Assembly: GCA_951406725.2 (NCBI GenBank)
Contig: OX597814.1
Location: forward strand, 108,500,001 to 108,564,000
DNA: 64,000 bases
Direction: 5' to 3'
Source: Octopus vulgaris
Taxonomy: Eukaryota
The stretch's first letter is position 1. Each line of letters begins with the position of its first letter. Under the pieces are notes generated by a model. It was given only the letters and a program-made list of their open reading frames with translations. It had not been told where the DNA came from and ran no database searches. The position numbers and the translations under genes were made by a program. Positions 12,896 to 26,174 of this stretch are shown here, piece after piece.

Positions 12896-13124
12896 TTATT
12901 AAAGTTCTGGTTGTATATGTAGGGGTGTTTTTGGGTGGGGAGGTTGGAAGGGGGTAGGTAGTTGTAGTACTTATGTTGGTATGGGATGCGATGGTGTAAG
13001 GCTTTGTGAGAAATGCGGTGGGTTTGTGGGTGTGCGTATGGTAGATTGTATGGGGGGATTTAGGGGGGTATGTATCTGTGGTGATTGGGTTCGTGTGGGA
13101 TGTGAGGGTTTGGAGATCGTTTAA

Positions 13125-13956
13125 CAGAAGCTCTCACAGACTGGAATTGTAGGCCCGTCTCTTGCAATTTCGATCAATTGGATCTTGTCCTCCTTCTTGT
13201 ATAGAAGTGTACGGCTGCAGCGAAATTCATTTTTGGACTTTCTTCTATCGAAGGCATTTAAAAAAATTGCTTCTGTAAAGACGGTGAAAATATTGTCAAT
13301 TTTCCCAAACAGGGACAAAATTCAATTTTTAAACAATAACCAAAGCCCCTTCTCCGAAAGAGGGAGGGTTACGGTTTACAATTATTTAACAAATGCAACA
13401 AAACAACGTTTCCCTGACGAGGAGCCAACAAATGTGATTACAATAGTCAAACAGTAATAATAATAACAACAAGCCTTTTTAATTTATCCCCATTTATGTG
13501 AAACCACTTATTCAAATTCAAGTCATTGATGCAATTTTATACGAATTGCTAATACACACACACACACACGCACATAATAAGGGTGAAAAATTGAATATTA
13601 ATTTGATTAATATGAACTGAAAACCAGTGGTGTAGCATATAAGACTATATCGGATCTTCTTCTAGCAAAATTCATGACCACTGTTAATGGTTCATCCCTG
13701 TTATATAATACTTTCACTTTAATAGTTTCAGTATTAAAGTGAATGTCTGCATTACAATAGAGATGTTTTTGTTTCACTTTTAACACGTAATACTGAAATA
13801 GTGGAGAAGATATGATATTGCTGTGGGGTCGCCCTAGGGACACTCCCCGGACCTTAAGTAAGGCATGTGTAAAATTTGAATGAAATTGGTTGTGTAGTTC
13901 TCAAGTTTTAGGGAAACACACAGACACACATTCTCAGTTTTATATATATATATAGA
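13125..13956 (-). mobile_element. Non-autonomous Helitron (family of 48456-49642), 3' end truncated at the Penelope element
   Basis: 5' TCtatatata..aaaactgagaatgtgtg; blocks shared with 48456-49470. Confidence 0.75.
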
Positions 13957-13966
13957 TATATGTATG

Positions 13967-14041
<75 letters not shown>

Positions 14042-14064
14042 GTATATATATATATTTATATATA

Positions 14065-14099
<35 letters not shown>

Positions 14100-14209
14100 A
14101 AATATATATATATATGGCTGGCTGTCGACAGATATTTCTGCTTTAAAAAAAATGGATTTTATCCTTCATATATATACTGTTCAGTATCTACGCGTTGAAT
14201 ACAATTTAT

Positions 14210-14296
<87 letters not shown>

Positions 14297-14780
14297 AAGC
14301 CTTGAAACTCTACTCCCTCCAGCGCCGCCGCGAGCGGTACATCATTTGTACGATGTGGAGAATATACCGCCAGCATATATGTACCAAACGACCTGAACAT
14401 TAATTTCAAGTTTCATCCAAGGCTGGGACCACGGGTCATACGTCCCCTGCCCAATTCAGGATCACAGCATATAGGTACACTGCGACATAATTTCTTTTCC
14501 TCAACAGGCCCTGCCCTGTTTAACATTGTCCCGAAAGAGATCAAAGAGGAAAAGAATCCCATCACCATTAAACGGAGTCTGGACAGATTTTTTCTAGGAA
14601 TACCGGATAAGCCACCCATACCCGGATACAACTCACTCAACAAGAACTCAGTACTTGAATGGACCATAAACAAAACATGACTTTAAAAGGATTTAGATAA
14701 TCCTATCAGGTGCTGCTATTAAGTTAGACATGGCCTGGACCAATCTTTGGTCGAAACATATCTAAGTTTATCTAAGTTTA
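14297..14780 (+). mobile_element. CR1-like LINE 3' fragment
   Basis: [25 protein letters not shown]; tail (atctaagttt)n; same family as 46905-47545. Confidence 0.82.
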
Positions 14781-15036
14781 TATATATATATATAAGCATA
14801 AAGGACAAGGTATAAATAATGGTCATTCTATCTTTTTACTTTATTGGGGCAACAATGTAGAATGGTGGTGAACTATAAACCTCGGACCCTGTCACAAGAA
14901 TACTTGGAGTTCTTTACTAATCTAAACAATATTGTTAGCCTTGTGTGCTTACAGAAAGAGCTGACGAAGTATTTTGCCTGGATTGATAATCCCTCACTAA
15001 TATCTATCTATCTATCTGTCTGTATATATATCTATC

Positions 15037-15085
<49 letters not shown>

Positions 15086-15600
15086 AAAGATATATATATA
15101 TATATATATATATACACGCACAATGAAAAAAGCCGTCTGTAATACGTCGAATAACGTTCATAAATGTAGTTATGTAACGATATGATTGTCTTGCGTTACC
15201 AAACTATATTCCCGAGGCGTTAATAAAAGACATTTTGTCTAAATATAAATGGATCTTATTGAGAAAATAGAAAACATTAAAGTCTGTTTCATGGAATTAA
15301 ACAAATATACAAAACTCATTGGTCCTATAAAAATTCTTAAACTTTTTAACTTCCTAGCACAATCTTTACAAGATAACAGCCGATCGGAATATTGATTGGT
15401 GAGTTGGCTGGCTGGTCGATTGGTTGTTCTTTCGAGTCACACTTTGCGTTGTATAGAGAGAGAATAACAAAGAGGGAGAGTGAGGGGGAAGAGAGAGAGA
15501 GAGAGAATAAATGACAGTTTCAAGGGGAGTTAACATAAGAGCTGCAGGATAAGTACACATACTAGGCTTGATGGCAAGCAATGAGTAAATGAACGCTACA

Positions 15601-15667
<67 letters not shown>

Positions 15668-16310
15668 GCAGAAAGTGAGAAAGAATGACAGAGGTAGTGG
15701 AGGAGGAAGAAAGGGAATATGTGTATGTGCTAAGTCGTCAACCACAGAGTTCAGATTATTTAGCTCAGGACCATAAAAGGAAAAGTGTTGCCATGAAACG
15801 ACATTAACGCTTATGTGAATATGGTTCGACCTATCAGTATTGGCTGGTTTATTATGGTTGACGCGACAGACTTCAAAGGAAGTGTGCGAGTTTTCTCGCC
15901 AAACCGTTTTGCCGAAGTTTCTAGAAAGGTGGCTTACAGTTATAAAAACCTGGCAAATTCAACCGCAGACCAGAGCCACTCAGTCGTCTCCAGATGAATC
16001 TATGTCACTTTACTCAGCGAGTTGGTCTTTTCCTCCTCTTTCACTTTCCTTTACTAACGTCATTAATATGGTCTTTTAATATGGTGTCCCCCTCCTTTCA
16101 CTTTCCTTTTAATATGTTAATGTATTCGACAAAAGACCCCCAACTTCTAATTCCAACGTCGGATAACAGATATTAATTATAAGCAGTGATTTATATTCGT
16201 ATTTCGTCTTCATTCGCTGTGAATTCCTTTTATGACATTATCTATCATGTAGTATTACAGGAAAGTCCTAACGCTCTTGTTCGTTATTTCGTGAACCTTC
16301 TTCCAATAAT

Positions 16311-16521
16311 TGGCAGAATCGTTAGCACGCCGGGCGAAATACGTAGCCGTATTACGTCGGCCGTTACGTTCTGAGTTCAAATTCCGCCGAGATCGACTTT
16401 GCCTTTCATCCTTTCGAGGTCGATAAATTAAGTACCAGTTACGCACTGCGGTCGATGTAATCGACTTAATCCGTTTGTTTGTTCCCTCTATATTTAGCCA
16501 CTTGTGGGTCGTAAAGAAATA
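16311..16521 (+). mobile_element. SINE family A
   Basis: tggcagaatcgttagc A-box-like, gagttcaaattcc B-box, shared body. Confidence 0.88.
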
Positions 16522-16844
16522 ATTATATGGATTAATAAAGATATATGAAAACTCGAATATTCTTGGGGATAAGCAGTGAAAAGAAGCTATGTCCGGCCAC
16601 TTAGAATAAAGAACTCACAGATAAGTCTGAGAATGAATAAAATATCTAATATATAATTGATTCTCCGACGATATATATTTTGCTTCGCATGTGGTTCTTT
16701 GAGATCCAGTAATTATGTTTTAGTTCCTGAAAGGTCACGGGCAAAACAAAATATATTTTGTAGGATTACGGATTAAATATTTTGAAAACTGAAATATTAG
16801 TATGATCGTTCTTGCCTTCATGCGCAACCTACCTAACACGAGAA

Positions 16845-17220
16845 GGCGGTGAGCCAGCAGAATCGTTAGCATGCCGGACGAAATGCTGCTAAGTATTTCG
16901 TCCGTCTTTACGTTCTGAATTCAAATTCCGCCGAGGTCGACTTCAATTTTCATCCTTTCGGGGTCGATAAAATAGGTACTAGTTGAGCACTTGGGTCAAT
17001 GTAATCTATAACTTAAATAATATTGTGAACTACCAGAGCGCGGCGAGCTGGAAGAATCGTTAGCATGTCGGACGAAATGCTGAGTTCAAATTCCGCCGAG
17101 GTGGACTTTACTTTTATCCTTTCGGGGTCGATAAAATAAGTACCAGCTGAATCCTGGGGTCGTTGTAATCGACTTAATCCCTCCTCGAAATTGCTGGCAT
17201 TGTGTCAAAATTTGGAACCA
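16845..17220 (+). mobile_element. Two adjacent SINE family A copies
   Basis: 16845-17005 and 17039-17220; the second is flanked by TSD atatt(g/a)tgaactacca. Confidence 0.85.
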
Positions 17221-17689
17221 ATATTATGAACTACCAACGAGGACTATGCGACAAAATCACTAGACTAAACTACGAACCCCCACATTTTCATGGCCCCTGT
17301 ATTAAATACATCTTTATTGCTGTAATATTACTTTAAATTTGCCTTTAATTTATGAATGGTTTGGGAGTTTTAAGGTGGATTCACTTACTTAGAATCCTCA
17401 GGAGATGCAATACACTTTAAATTAGACTCACTACAAACTATCAATTCCAGTTCGATGATTTTCTGTTTGCTCTTTTCCTATAATAAGCTTCAAATTAAAC
17501 AAATTAACGAAGGTCTTATTGAAAGGCAGCGCTAAATGGGCAGGATTGCTTCATTTGTGCCGACAGCTAATTAATAAATAGACTTGCTATGAAATGTTAA
17601 TGGATAAAACTGGATAAATGGATTTAAGAAGGTTATTGTTCTTAGCTATAATATAAAGGGATTAATAAATATGTTCATTTATTCTTTTA

Positions 17690-17992
<303 letters not shown>

Positions 17993-18094
17993 TCGGGGTG
18001 AGTACTTGATAATTATAAGCACCTGTGTATACCGTTTGGTGGTGTAGGTGGTGGAGTAAATTGATCAAAATAAAAACATGATGCCAAGGATTCA

Positions 18095-18172
18095 GCGGTA
18101 CATATGTTTCGGGCCTTTATTAGACAGATTTATAACAATGCATAATGTATGTCTGTGGCCTTCTTCAGCCGC
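18095..18172 (-). ncRNA. Type I hammerhead ribozyme with intact core
   Basis: Minus strand: gcgg-CTGAAGA-a-ggcc..long hairpin..ggcc-c-GAAAC-atat-GTA-ccgc. Confidence 0.78.
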
Positions 18173-18243
18173 GCACAACAGCTTCCACATATATATATGT
18201 ATATACATACACATATATATATACACACACACATATATACATA

Positions 18244-19210
18244 CGCCATTTCCGTTCCACCGGCCACTCCTTGCAACACCTGTCTGTGTTCGGATTGTCC
18301 TTGCAGAGAGGCCATCCGGATTCTCGCTTGCGACGTGAACAGGGATTAATCTTCTCACTTCGCTCTTTTACGCCATTTGGTCTCAACTCTCCCCCACTTT
18401 TCATCTAACCTCCTCCCCGACTCCTACTTCTCTTCAGTCCTTCATCTTTTCACCCCTACTCTCTTTCCCTCCTCTTCCCTTCTTTCTCTTCTTCCCTCTT
18501 CTTTCTTATTTTTTCTTCCCTCTTCCCCTTCTCTCTTTCTCTCTGCTCCCTCACTCCCCTTCTCTCCCCTCCCTCTCCCCTCCTCTCTCCCTCTCCCCTC
18601 CTCTCTCCCTCTCCCCTCCTTTCCCACCTCCTCCTCTTCTCCCTCCTCCCCTCTCCCCCTCATCTCCCTTCCCCTCCTCTCTCTTCCCTCCTCTCTCTTC
18701 TCTCCCCCACTCACTCTCCCCACAAACCCCACTCTACCCCAACTCCCAACCGAACCCACACCCCACATGGGCTTTCCCCACTCTCGCCCCACCTCCCCAC
18801 AACATCACACCACACTACACTACACCATACGACATTACACATCACATCATACATACACACGTCCAGACCACCAGCCCTCTTTCACACGCACATAACATGC
18901 TCTCTTATACACACATGCACCTTCATGTTGGGGCGAGGTCACTTGACCCTGTTATCTCCCCTACTATCCATCTAACGTCTGACCTCTGATCTCTGACTTC
19001 TGCCTGAAATCAGAACGCCATGTTGGATCGTTAGCTCCTACACGCATTTTTTTTCTCTCCTTGTTTCTTTTCTGTGTATCTTTCTGTCGAAGAGAGTAGG
19101 CTCGAAACGTAAAAGACTTGTTTTATTTCTATTCCTGAGCGCCATACTAATACAATTGTTTGTTTGTACTCCACCTGCCTTCGTATTTTGTTTATTTTCG
19201 TAAACCTTCC
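18244..19210 (+). mobile_element. Penelope-like element 3' fragment: GIY-YIG C-terminus, pyrimidine tract, pLTR with hammerhead
   Basis: HFRSTGHSLQHL..RLRREQGLIFSLRSFTPFGLN fits the PLE GIY-YIG C-terminal pattern HF..H..R...E..I..L....P.GLN; hammerhead at 19079-19116. Confidence 0.82.
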
Positions 19211-19226
19211 CGTTATATATATATAT

Positions 19227-19283
<57 letters not shown>

Positions 19284-19313
19284 AACATATATATATATAC
19301 ATATATATATATA

Positions 19314-20188
19314 CTAGCCGAATTGCCCGGCGATGCTCGGGGCTGAATTGCTTGAAAGTACTGTTAATGATTGCACTGAATTATGATGATTATTCAGGCA
19401 AATATTGATATAAGTTTACGGTGGGAGATAAGGATTTAACGATCAAACGTGTGCCATTGCATTGTTTTGGGGGAACCAAATTTCTAATGAGCATTATAGG
19501 GGCACCAACTTTAAGTTTGAGAATGTGTGGTGGTAGTCCGGGGGGCTCAAAGGAATTGAGTACCTCTATTGGATAGTTGATGACGTCCTCTGGGTCAGGA
19601 GTTGTATCGATAGACTTATATACATAGACATCCCCAGGAATGATTTTTAGCATTTCATCATTAATATGGTGAACAGTTTTATTCCTCGGGGCCAGAATAG
19701 CCCTTTGGCCAATCCAATCCATATTCTGATAATTAGCTTGTAGATCTGGGAACACTGCATCTCTGAGATCAGAAGGCGTTTTAACAATGGTACAAATGGA
19801 ATCGATGGCAATATTACCATTTTCATCCCCTGGCATTTTGCCATCGCCAAGTTGAGAGTTAAAAAGGTCGAGTTGCGTCCCCTAGACAGTCTGTACCAGG
19901 AATAGCTGGATATTGATGGAGTTGAGAGTTAAAAAGGTCGAGTTGCGTCCCCTAGACAGTCTGTGGTTTGTGTTTCTGATTCTCGACCCCATGTCAAATT
20001 TATCGATTTTTTTCCGAACTGGGGGAACTTTTCAAAATTTTCGCTGCGTTAGTTTTGAATTATGACATTGGGCTATGTGTGTGTCAAGTTTCATCAGAAT
20101 CGGTTGAAAGCCGTGGTCAGGGTGAGGGTACAACCTAACAGACACACAGACACGCACACAGACAAACTGCCGTTTATATAGAGAGAGA
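19314..20188 (-). mobile_element. Non-autonomous Helitron retaining a Pif1-like helicase fragment
   Basis: A|TC start, hairpin cccgagcatcgccggg + CTAG|T end; ORF 19390-19836 RAILAPRN..GLPPHILKLKVGAPIMLIRNL..CNGTRL; 45-bp internal direct repeat. Confidence 0.9.
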
Positions 20189-21236
20189 TATTTAAAAAAT
20201 TGAACAAGAATGTAACAGACGACAACAAAACCGCCGGACAGACAGACGATACAAAGACAGACATGAAAAACAACAAAAGGCCGGACAGGAAAAAACAAGG
20301 ACAGGTCATTCGCAGTTTTCTCTCGTCAGTCAGGTTTCCCAATCATCCTTACAATTTCGGTCTATCACACTTGAGACTGTTCAAATCTGGCTGTCCCCAA
20401 AAGTCTAAGCTAAGGGAGAAAGCAAGCGAATGTGTACGACAACAAAGATGAAAAAATGGAGAAAGCGTTACGCAATAACAAATATGAACAACAAGAAAAT
20501 AATAACAGGTGTCTTTCAACTGATAGAGACGAAGCAAATTGAGCTGGCGTGTATAAATTGAAAGCCTTAAGGCATGAACATAGATGAACTTAAGAGTGAA
20601 CCTTGAGTGAACTTCTCATACTGGCGCTTGGTGCATAAAAGCACACACATAGATCTAACAGGCGAGAATTGTCTGTTGTGGGTGCCGGAACTATGTGTGT
20701 GTGTGTGTGTGTGTGTACACACACACACATGTAATGTGTCTAGGATTGAACAGACAGAACACAACAAGGTGGAAAGTTTAGACGAAAGCAGGGCAAACGG
20801 GAAGCTAGACGAAAACTCAACGGACGAGGAATATAGACAACGACACGATACGCGAAATATTTGCAGCTGAGTTTTCCTCGTCAGTCAATGAACTAAAATA
20901 TCATCGTGTTTTCGCACCATTATCATTGAGACCACTCAGTCTTGGAGGCACCAGTGCTGTTATTAAGCTACTGGGAAAAAAGTAGCGAATGTATTCTGAA
21001 ACAGAAACAAACAAGACAATATACAACAGAAGAAGAATTATTCATATATAACAACGCGAAGCCTTATGGCTATATACACCAGAAGAAAAAACAATTATAC
21101 AAATAACACAAAGAGCCCTGCAGCTATCAGAGAAACTAAGTGAGGTGGTCCATTTGACGATTCCCCCTCCTCCTCCTCCTCCTCCTCCTCCTCCTCCTCC
21201 TCCTCCTCCTCATTCTTTGGATTTTTGCCTTTCTCC

Positions 21237-21269
21237 TTTCTGACGAAGAGCTATGCTCGAAACGTTAAA
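21237..21269 (+). ncRNA. Minimal hammerhead ribozyme motif in a pLTR-like fragment
   Basis: ttt-CTGACGA-a-gagc-tat-gctc-GAAAC-GTT-aaa; palindromic ACGT stem III. Confidence 0.68.
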
Positions 21270-21418
21270 CTCTCTCCTTTCACCAAGCGGAAAGCTAATA
21301 TACTTCTTGTGCACGCCCTCAAGTTCGTTGTTTTCCTTTTTTTCGGTTTTCATCCGTTTATTTGAATTGGCTAGCTATAGATAATATAATATAATATAAT
21401 ATAATATAATACATACAT

Positions 21419-21455
<37 letters not shown>

Positions 21456-21467
21456 TACTCACAAGCA

Positions 21468-21660
21468 CAAAGCCTGAGATTTTGTGTTAGGAGACTCGTC
21501 GATTACATCGACCTCAAGTTTCGACAGGTATTCATTTTATCGACCTCGAAAGGATGAAAGGCAGAGTCGACCACAGCAGAAATTGAACTCAAAACATAAA
21601 GACGTACAAACTGTCGCCAATCATTTTGCTCGGCGTGCAAACTATTCTGCCGGTTCGCCG
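21468..21660 (-). mobile_element. SINE family A (diverged)
   Basis: Reverse complement of the shared body. Confidence 0.75.
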
Positions 21661-21936
21661 TCCGACGAACTGTATATAATATTTATCTATGTATGTTCTC
21701 TTTCTCTTTTCAACATAGGATATATTCTGACCGGCTCCCTATTTGATAGTAAGGTTCTGAAGGAAAGCATCTTGTTTTAACGATCATCCTTTAAGTCTTA
21801 AGAAGTTCTTGCAGACTGCAATTGTCCGAGATATTGTGATCAGTTGTAGCGAATGAATTGAGGATTAACATTCTCTGCCCAAATTCCCCATTTCAAACGA
21901 TACTTAGCTCCATACGGGTTACTGTGGCTCCAATAA

Positions 21937-22333
21937 TCTCTCTCTATATATAAAGCTGAAGTTGTCTGTGTATGGCAGGTTTGGTAGCCTTCAACTATAA
22001 CACTATCTCCTCCGAGACTCTGCGGCGCAAGTTGACCAAAATTGAGAGTATGATAGAAGAGGGCTTGCTCTTCCTTCCATAGAAGAAAAAATTCAAATCG
22101 GACCATGTTAACATCAAAAATTATTTACATCAAAAAGGTGCTTTTTTTCTATGAAAATCCCTATTTTTTACGATTTTTTGACTGCTGTGTCGCCATTTTT
22201 CGGTGTATTTCAACCAGAAAAAATGTTCACTTAAAGAGAATAACAAGCTACATAATGCAAAATTTTTACTTTTCAAAAATTCCAATTCTAAAGGGTCGAA
22301 ACAAACCCGAGCAACGGCGGGCGATACAGCTAG
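21937..22333 (+). mobile_element. Short non-autonomous Helitron
   Basis: A|TCtctctctatatataaag start; cccgagcaacggcggg hairpin + CTAG end. Confidence 0.8.
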
Positions 22334-22603
22334 CAACTGATATGAAGCTGAGAGTGTATATTGGATAATGGTTTTGCAAATTCTTTATCAATGCTGCATA
22401 GATGCTCTCATTCGCCTGTATTTTTCTTACCACACTGGCGTCGAGAGGGTAGCTGGTTTTAAAACAGAACATATCTTTTTCTTGTGTCACTGTTCAGTTT
22501 TATTCCAGGATTTCTTGCCAGTAGAGAAAGAGATGGTTTCTAATATAGATCCATGGCTCCTTCATTGGAATTTCAATAACATCAACAACGTATTTTTGCA
22601 TGA

Positions 22604-22651
<48 letters not shown>

Positions 22652-22714
22652 TTTGGAGTCAGTGCATATGCAGATTCGTATGTTTTGTATTATGTATGTA
22701 TTCTCATGTATATA

Positions 22715-23266
22715 CAATAATACTTCACTTTATGAGGAGCCGCTTTACAAGTCCCGGGTTTACGAGTTTTATTTTGTAATAAATATAAAGATCCAAATTT
22801 TGAACCAAGTGTAAATGTTTCTACTACCATAACAAATGCTTCTGCGTGTTACCGAGAAATTTATAGAGAAAGAAAGAAAGCTTCTTCTAAGCAAACAACT
22901 CTAGACCTGTTCTTAAAAAGAAATCTACAAGTCCGTCTACGAGTACTTGTGAATCGCCGATCGCGTCTACAAGTGATGGTGTGCGCGAGTCTAGTGCGAG
23001 TGAAAGTGATTCAGAAAACGATTATAGTAATAATATTTTTTTTTTGTAAATGATTTTGACATTCTTTTTACTTTACATAGAATATTCTTTACATTCTATT
23101 GTTGTTTTATTGCCATTTGTTTACAAGTACTATAAATTAAATGGGTAAAATATTTGTCTGGGAACGAACTACGATTTATAACATTGCTACTATGGGAAAT
23201 TATCGCTCTGCTTTACGAGTTTTCGCTTTACGAACGGACTCCGGGAACAAATTAATTCGTATACTG
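22715..23266 (+). mobile_element. Tigger/pogo-like MITE
   Basis: TA|caataatacttcactttatgag ... tactg|TA, repeated ctttacgag motifs, PIP-box-like KQTTLDLFL remnant. Confidence 0.65.
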
Positions 23267-23295
23267 TATTTGCATGTCTAGACAGGCGCATGTAT

Positions 23296-23680
23296 AGGAC
23301 ATGCGCACGCATACTTAAATGATAAACTGAAAAGTTTTACTAATTTTTACAGTTCCACTGATGGTTTGGATGTGTAGTCTTCGAATCAATTTTTTCCTTC
23401 CTGGTTTTGAGAAGTCTAATTTCTCAAGATTGGTATTTAGGCAGTGTGTTACATATCCCAGTACGCCAATAATTACAGGTATAAACCTGAGCTTGTAATC
23501 TGCATAAAGTAACTGCAGATTTCTCAACAGTTTAGCATAGGGAGTTTTCTTTTTCGCTGATCTTTAGCTTTATGTTATCATCCGCTGGGCAGCGGATTTC
23601 TATGACTGTACACTGTTTCTCTTCTCTGTCTCAAATCAGTATGTCATATCTATGTTTATATCTTATTTTATTGGGGAATT
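23296..23680 (-). mobile_element. RLE-type (R4/Dong-like) LINE 3' fragment
   Basis: IEIRCPAD..., LRNLQLLY..FIPVIIGVLG. Confidence 0.65.
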
Positions 23681-23959
23681 CACTGGGATATGTATGTATG
23701 TATGTCAAAGGCAGAAATTTTTGATTTATTGGCATTATCTTCACTTCCAGAGAAGGTAGGTTAATTGCTTGGTGGCAATTGGTATAAACTCAAAATGGAA
23801 AGGGAAGATAATTTCAAAAATAAAGAGTTTCTTCAAAATTAACTTGCCATTATGGAAAAGACACTCTGCCTGAAGATAAAAGAAGAGCTGTATGTGTTTC
23901 TGTCCCAACAAGCGTTATCGGCGTCTCAAGTGTCTTAGGTTATCTTCTGCAAACGAGAG

Positions 23960-24294
23960 AGATATATACATAAAAGCGTAAACGACATCGCCTCGGTATT
24001 TTGCACACATACACACGTATACATATGCAAACACACACATACATACACATGTGTACACACCTATACACACATAGACGTACAATCCTATATACATACACAT
24101 CGCTACGTTGCTGTCTGAGAGTACAACACACATCTATCCATCCATCCATACATCAATACATCCATCCATACATACATACATCTATACATACACACATCAG
24201 CACACGCCTACAGTGAGAGCGACGCACAGACAGAATGTGTGGCTGTTTGCATGTCTGAGTGGTGTGTGTGTGTGTGTGTGTGTGCGTGTGTGTG

Positions 24295-24326
<32 letters not shown>

Positions 24327-24855
24327 GTGTGTGTGTGTGTGTGCAAATGTGCTCCTTATTCACGTGTCACCCGCCATAGAGATACAATATGGCTACGTCT
24401 AACGAAATACTTCCTGATGTAGTCCCCCTCACTCTTATTATCATCATTTACTGCGACAAGTCCAATATCAAACGAGTTGTAAATTTCACATTACGTAATA
24501 TTATCGTCTGCCATCTGGTTTGGCAGTGTTTGCCTTTTTTAACCCCAAGAATCTCTAAAAATCTCCATGGTCAACGTATTGCGTATATATGTGTGCGTGT
24601 TTGTGTGTGTGTGTGTATGTGTGTGTATGCGTGTGCATACATATGTGTGTGTGTGTATGTGTGTGTGTATGCGTGTGCATACACGTGTGTGTGCACATCT
24701 GAGCATACGTGTGTGTATATGTGCAAGTGAGTGCCACGTGTTTCTGTTTGTATGTGTGCGTGTTTGTGTGAGTGTTTGCTATATAATGCAAGTGTGGTAT
24801 GCACGTATATGTATGTGTTGTGCGTATGTATAAGTGTATGCGTATATATATATAA

Positions 24856-24901
<46 letters not shown>

Positions 24902-25447
24902 AACGTCCGTCTGTATGCCTATATGTGCGCGTGCGCGCGAATGTACGTGTGTGTGTGTGTCTGCGTCCTGCGTATGTGGGTGTCACGTGTGTGAGCTGAT
25001 GTCTGTGTGTCCTAAGTGTGTAATATGTTTGTGCTGTTGTGATGATATATGTGTGTGTGGCTTCGATTGTGAGTGTGCAGTGTGTATACTGCTGCTGCTA
25101 CTACTATCTGAGTGTGTGTGTGTATATATATAAATTTATATATATGTGTGTGTGTGTAATTGTTTGTGATGTGTCAAGTGTGCCGGACGAAAATGCGGGA
25201 ATTTTCACGTTTTGGGGAAAACTTGATAGCCTTCTCCACTTCACTCTCTTTCCTTTCCTCCCTTTCTCTCTCCTCTCGTTCCCACTATCTATCTATCTAT
25301 CTATTTACCTACCTGTCTGTCTATCTATCTATCTGACTGTCTATCTATCTATCTATCCATCCATCTATTTATCCATCATCTATCTATCTATCTGTCTGTC
25401 TGTCTATCTGTTTGTCGGCCTGTCTCTCTCTCTATCTATCAATTTAG

Positions 25448-25509
<62 letters not shown>

Positions 25510-25516
25510 ATCTGTC

Positions 25517-25570
<54 letters not shown>

Positions 25571-25699
25571 CACATGTGTGTGTGTATCTACGTGTGTTTT
25601 TTGATGTTATTTTAACCAAGTCGTTGGAAATCTTCACGTTTTTCTTTGGAAAACTTGATCTATATCTTAATCGCTCTTAGATTTAAATTAGAGTATGTT

Positions 25700-25750
<51 letters not shown>

Positions 25751-25981
25751 TGTGTGTGCGCGCGCGCTTATGAGTATGTATATAAATGAATGTTTGTGTA
25801 TGTGTGTGTATGTGTTTGACACGTCTATGTTCCATATTCTCGGCTGCTGTTAATAAATGGCGGTTATGCCTCAACGTGTCGTTAGGAATGGCTATATATC
25901 TGTCAGTCAACACAAAGCTTGGTCCACTATAGCAAAGGTATAAATTACATTCATACATACATACATACATATATGTATATG

Positions 25982-26032
<51 letters not shown>

Positions 26033-26131
26033 GTATGTGTGTATGTATGTATGTATGTGTGTATAAATATATATAACGACGGATTTATCATATACAGTTT
26101 GTTTTTTGTTATAAGAGACAGCAGTTATGGA

Positions 26132-26170
<39 letters not shown>
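23960..26170. repeat. Compound microsatellite region (CA/TG, TATG, TATC, TA)
   Basis: Directly visible; source of many spurious ORFs. Confidence 0.9.

Positions 26171-26174
<4 letters not shown>

Larger units (their letters stand above)
9706..13120 (-). mobile_element. Penelope-like retroelement (probably Neptune type), 5'-truncated, 3' end in (TA)n
   Basis: PLE RT and GIY-YIG ORFs, AT-rich 3' pLTR 9706-10460 with a hammerhead-like motif. Confidence 0.92.

Noticed and set aside
15815-15997. Conserved small ORF shared with 57140-57260
   Set aside because: The paralogue has an indel and stops on both strands, so the similarity looks non-coding.
19390-19836. Host PIF1 helicase gene
   Set aside because: Lies between Helitron TC and CTAG termini; it is a RepHel remnant.
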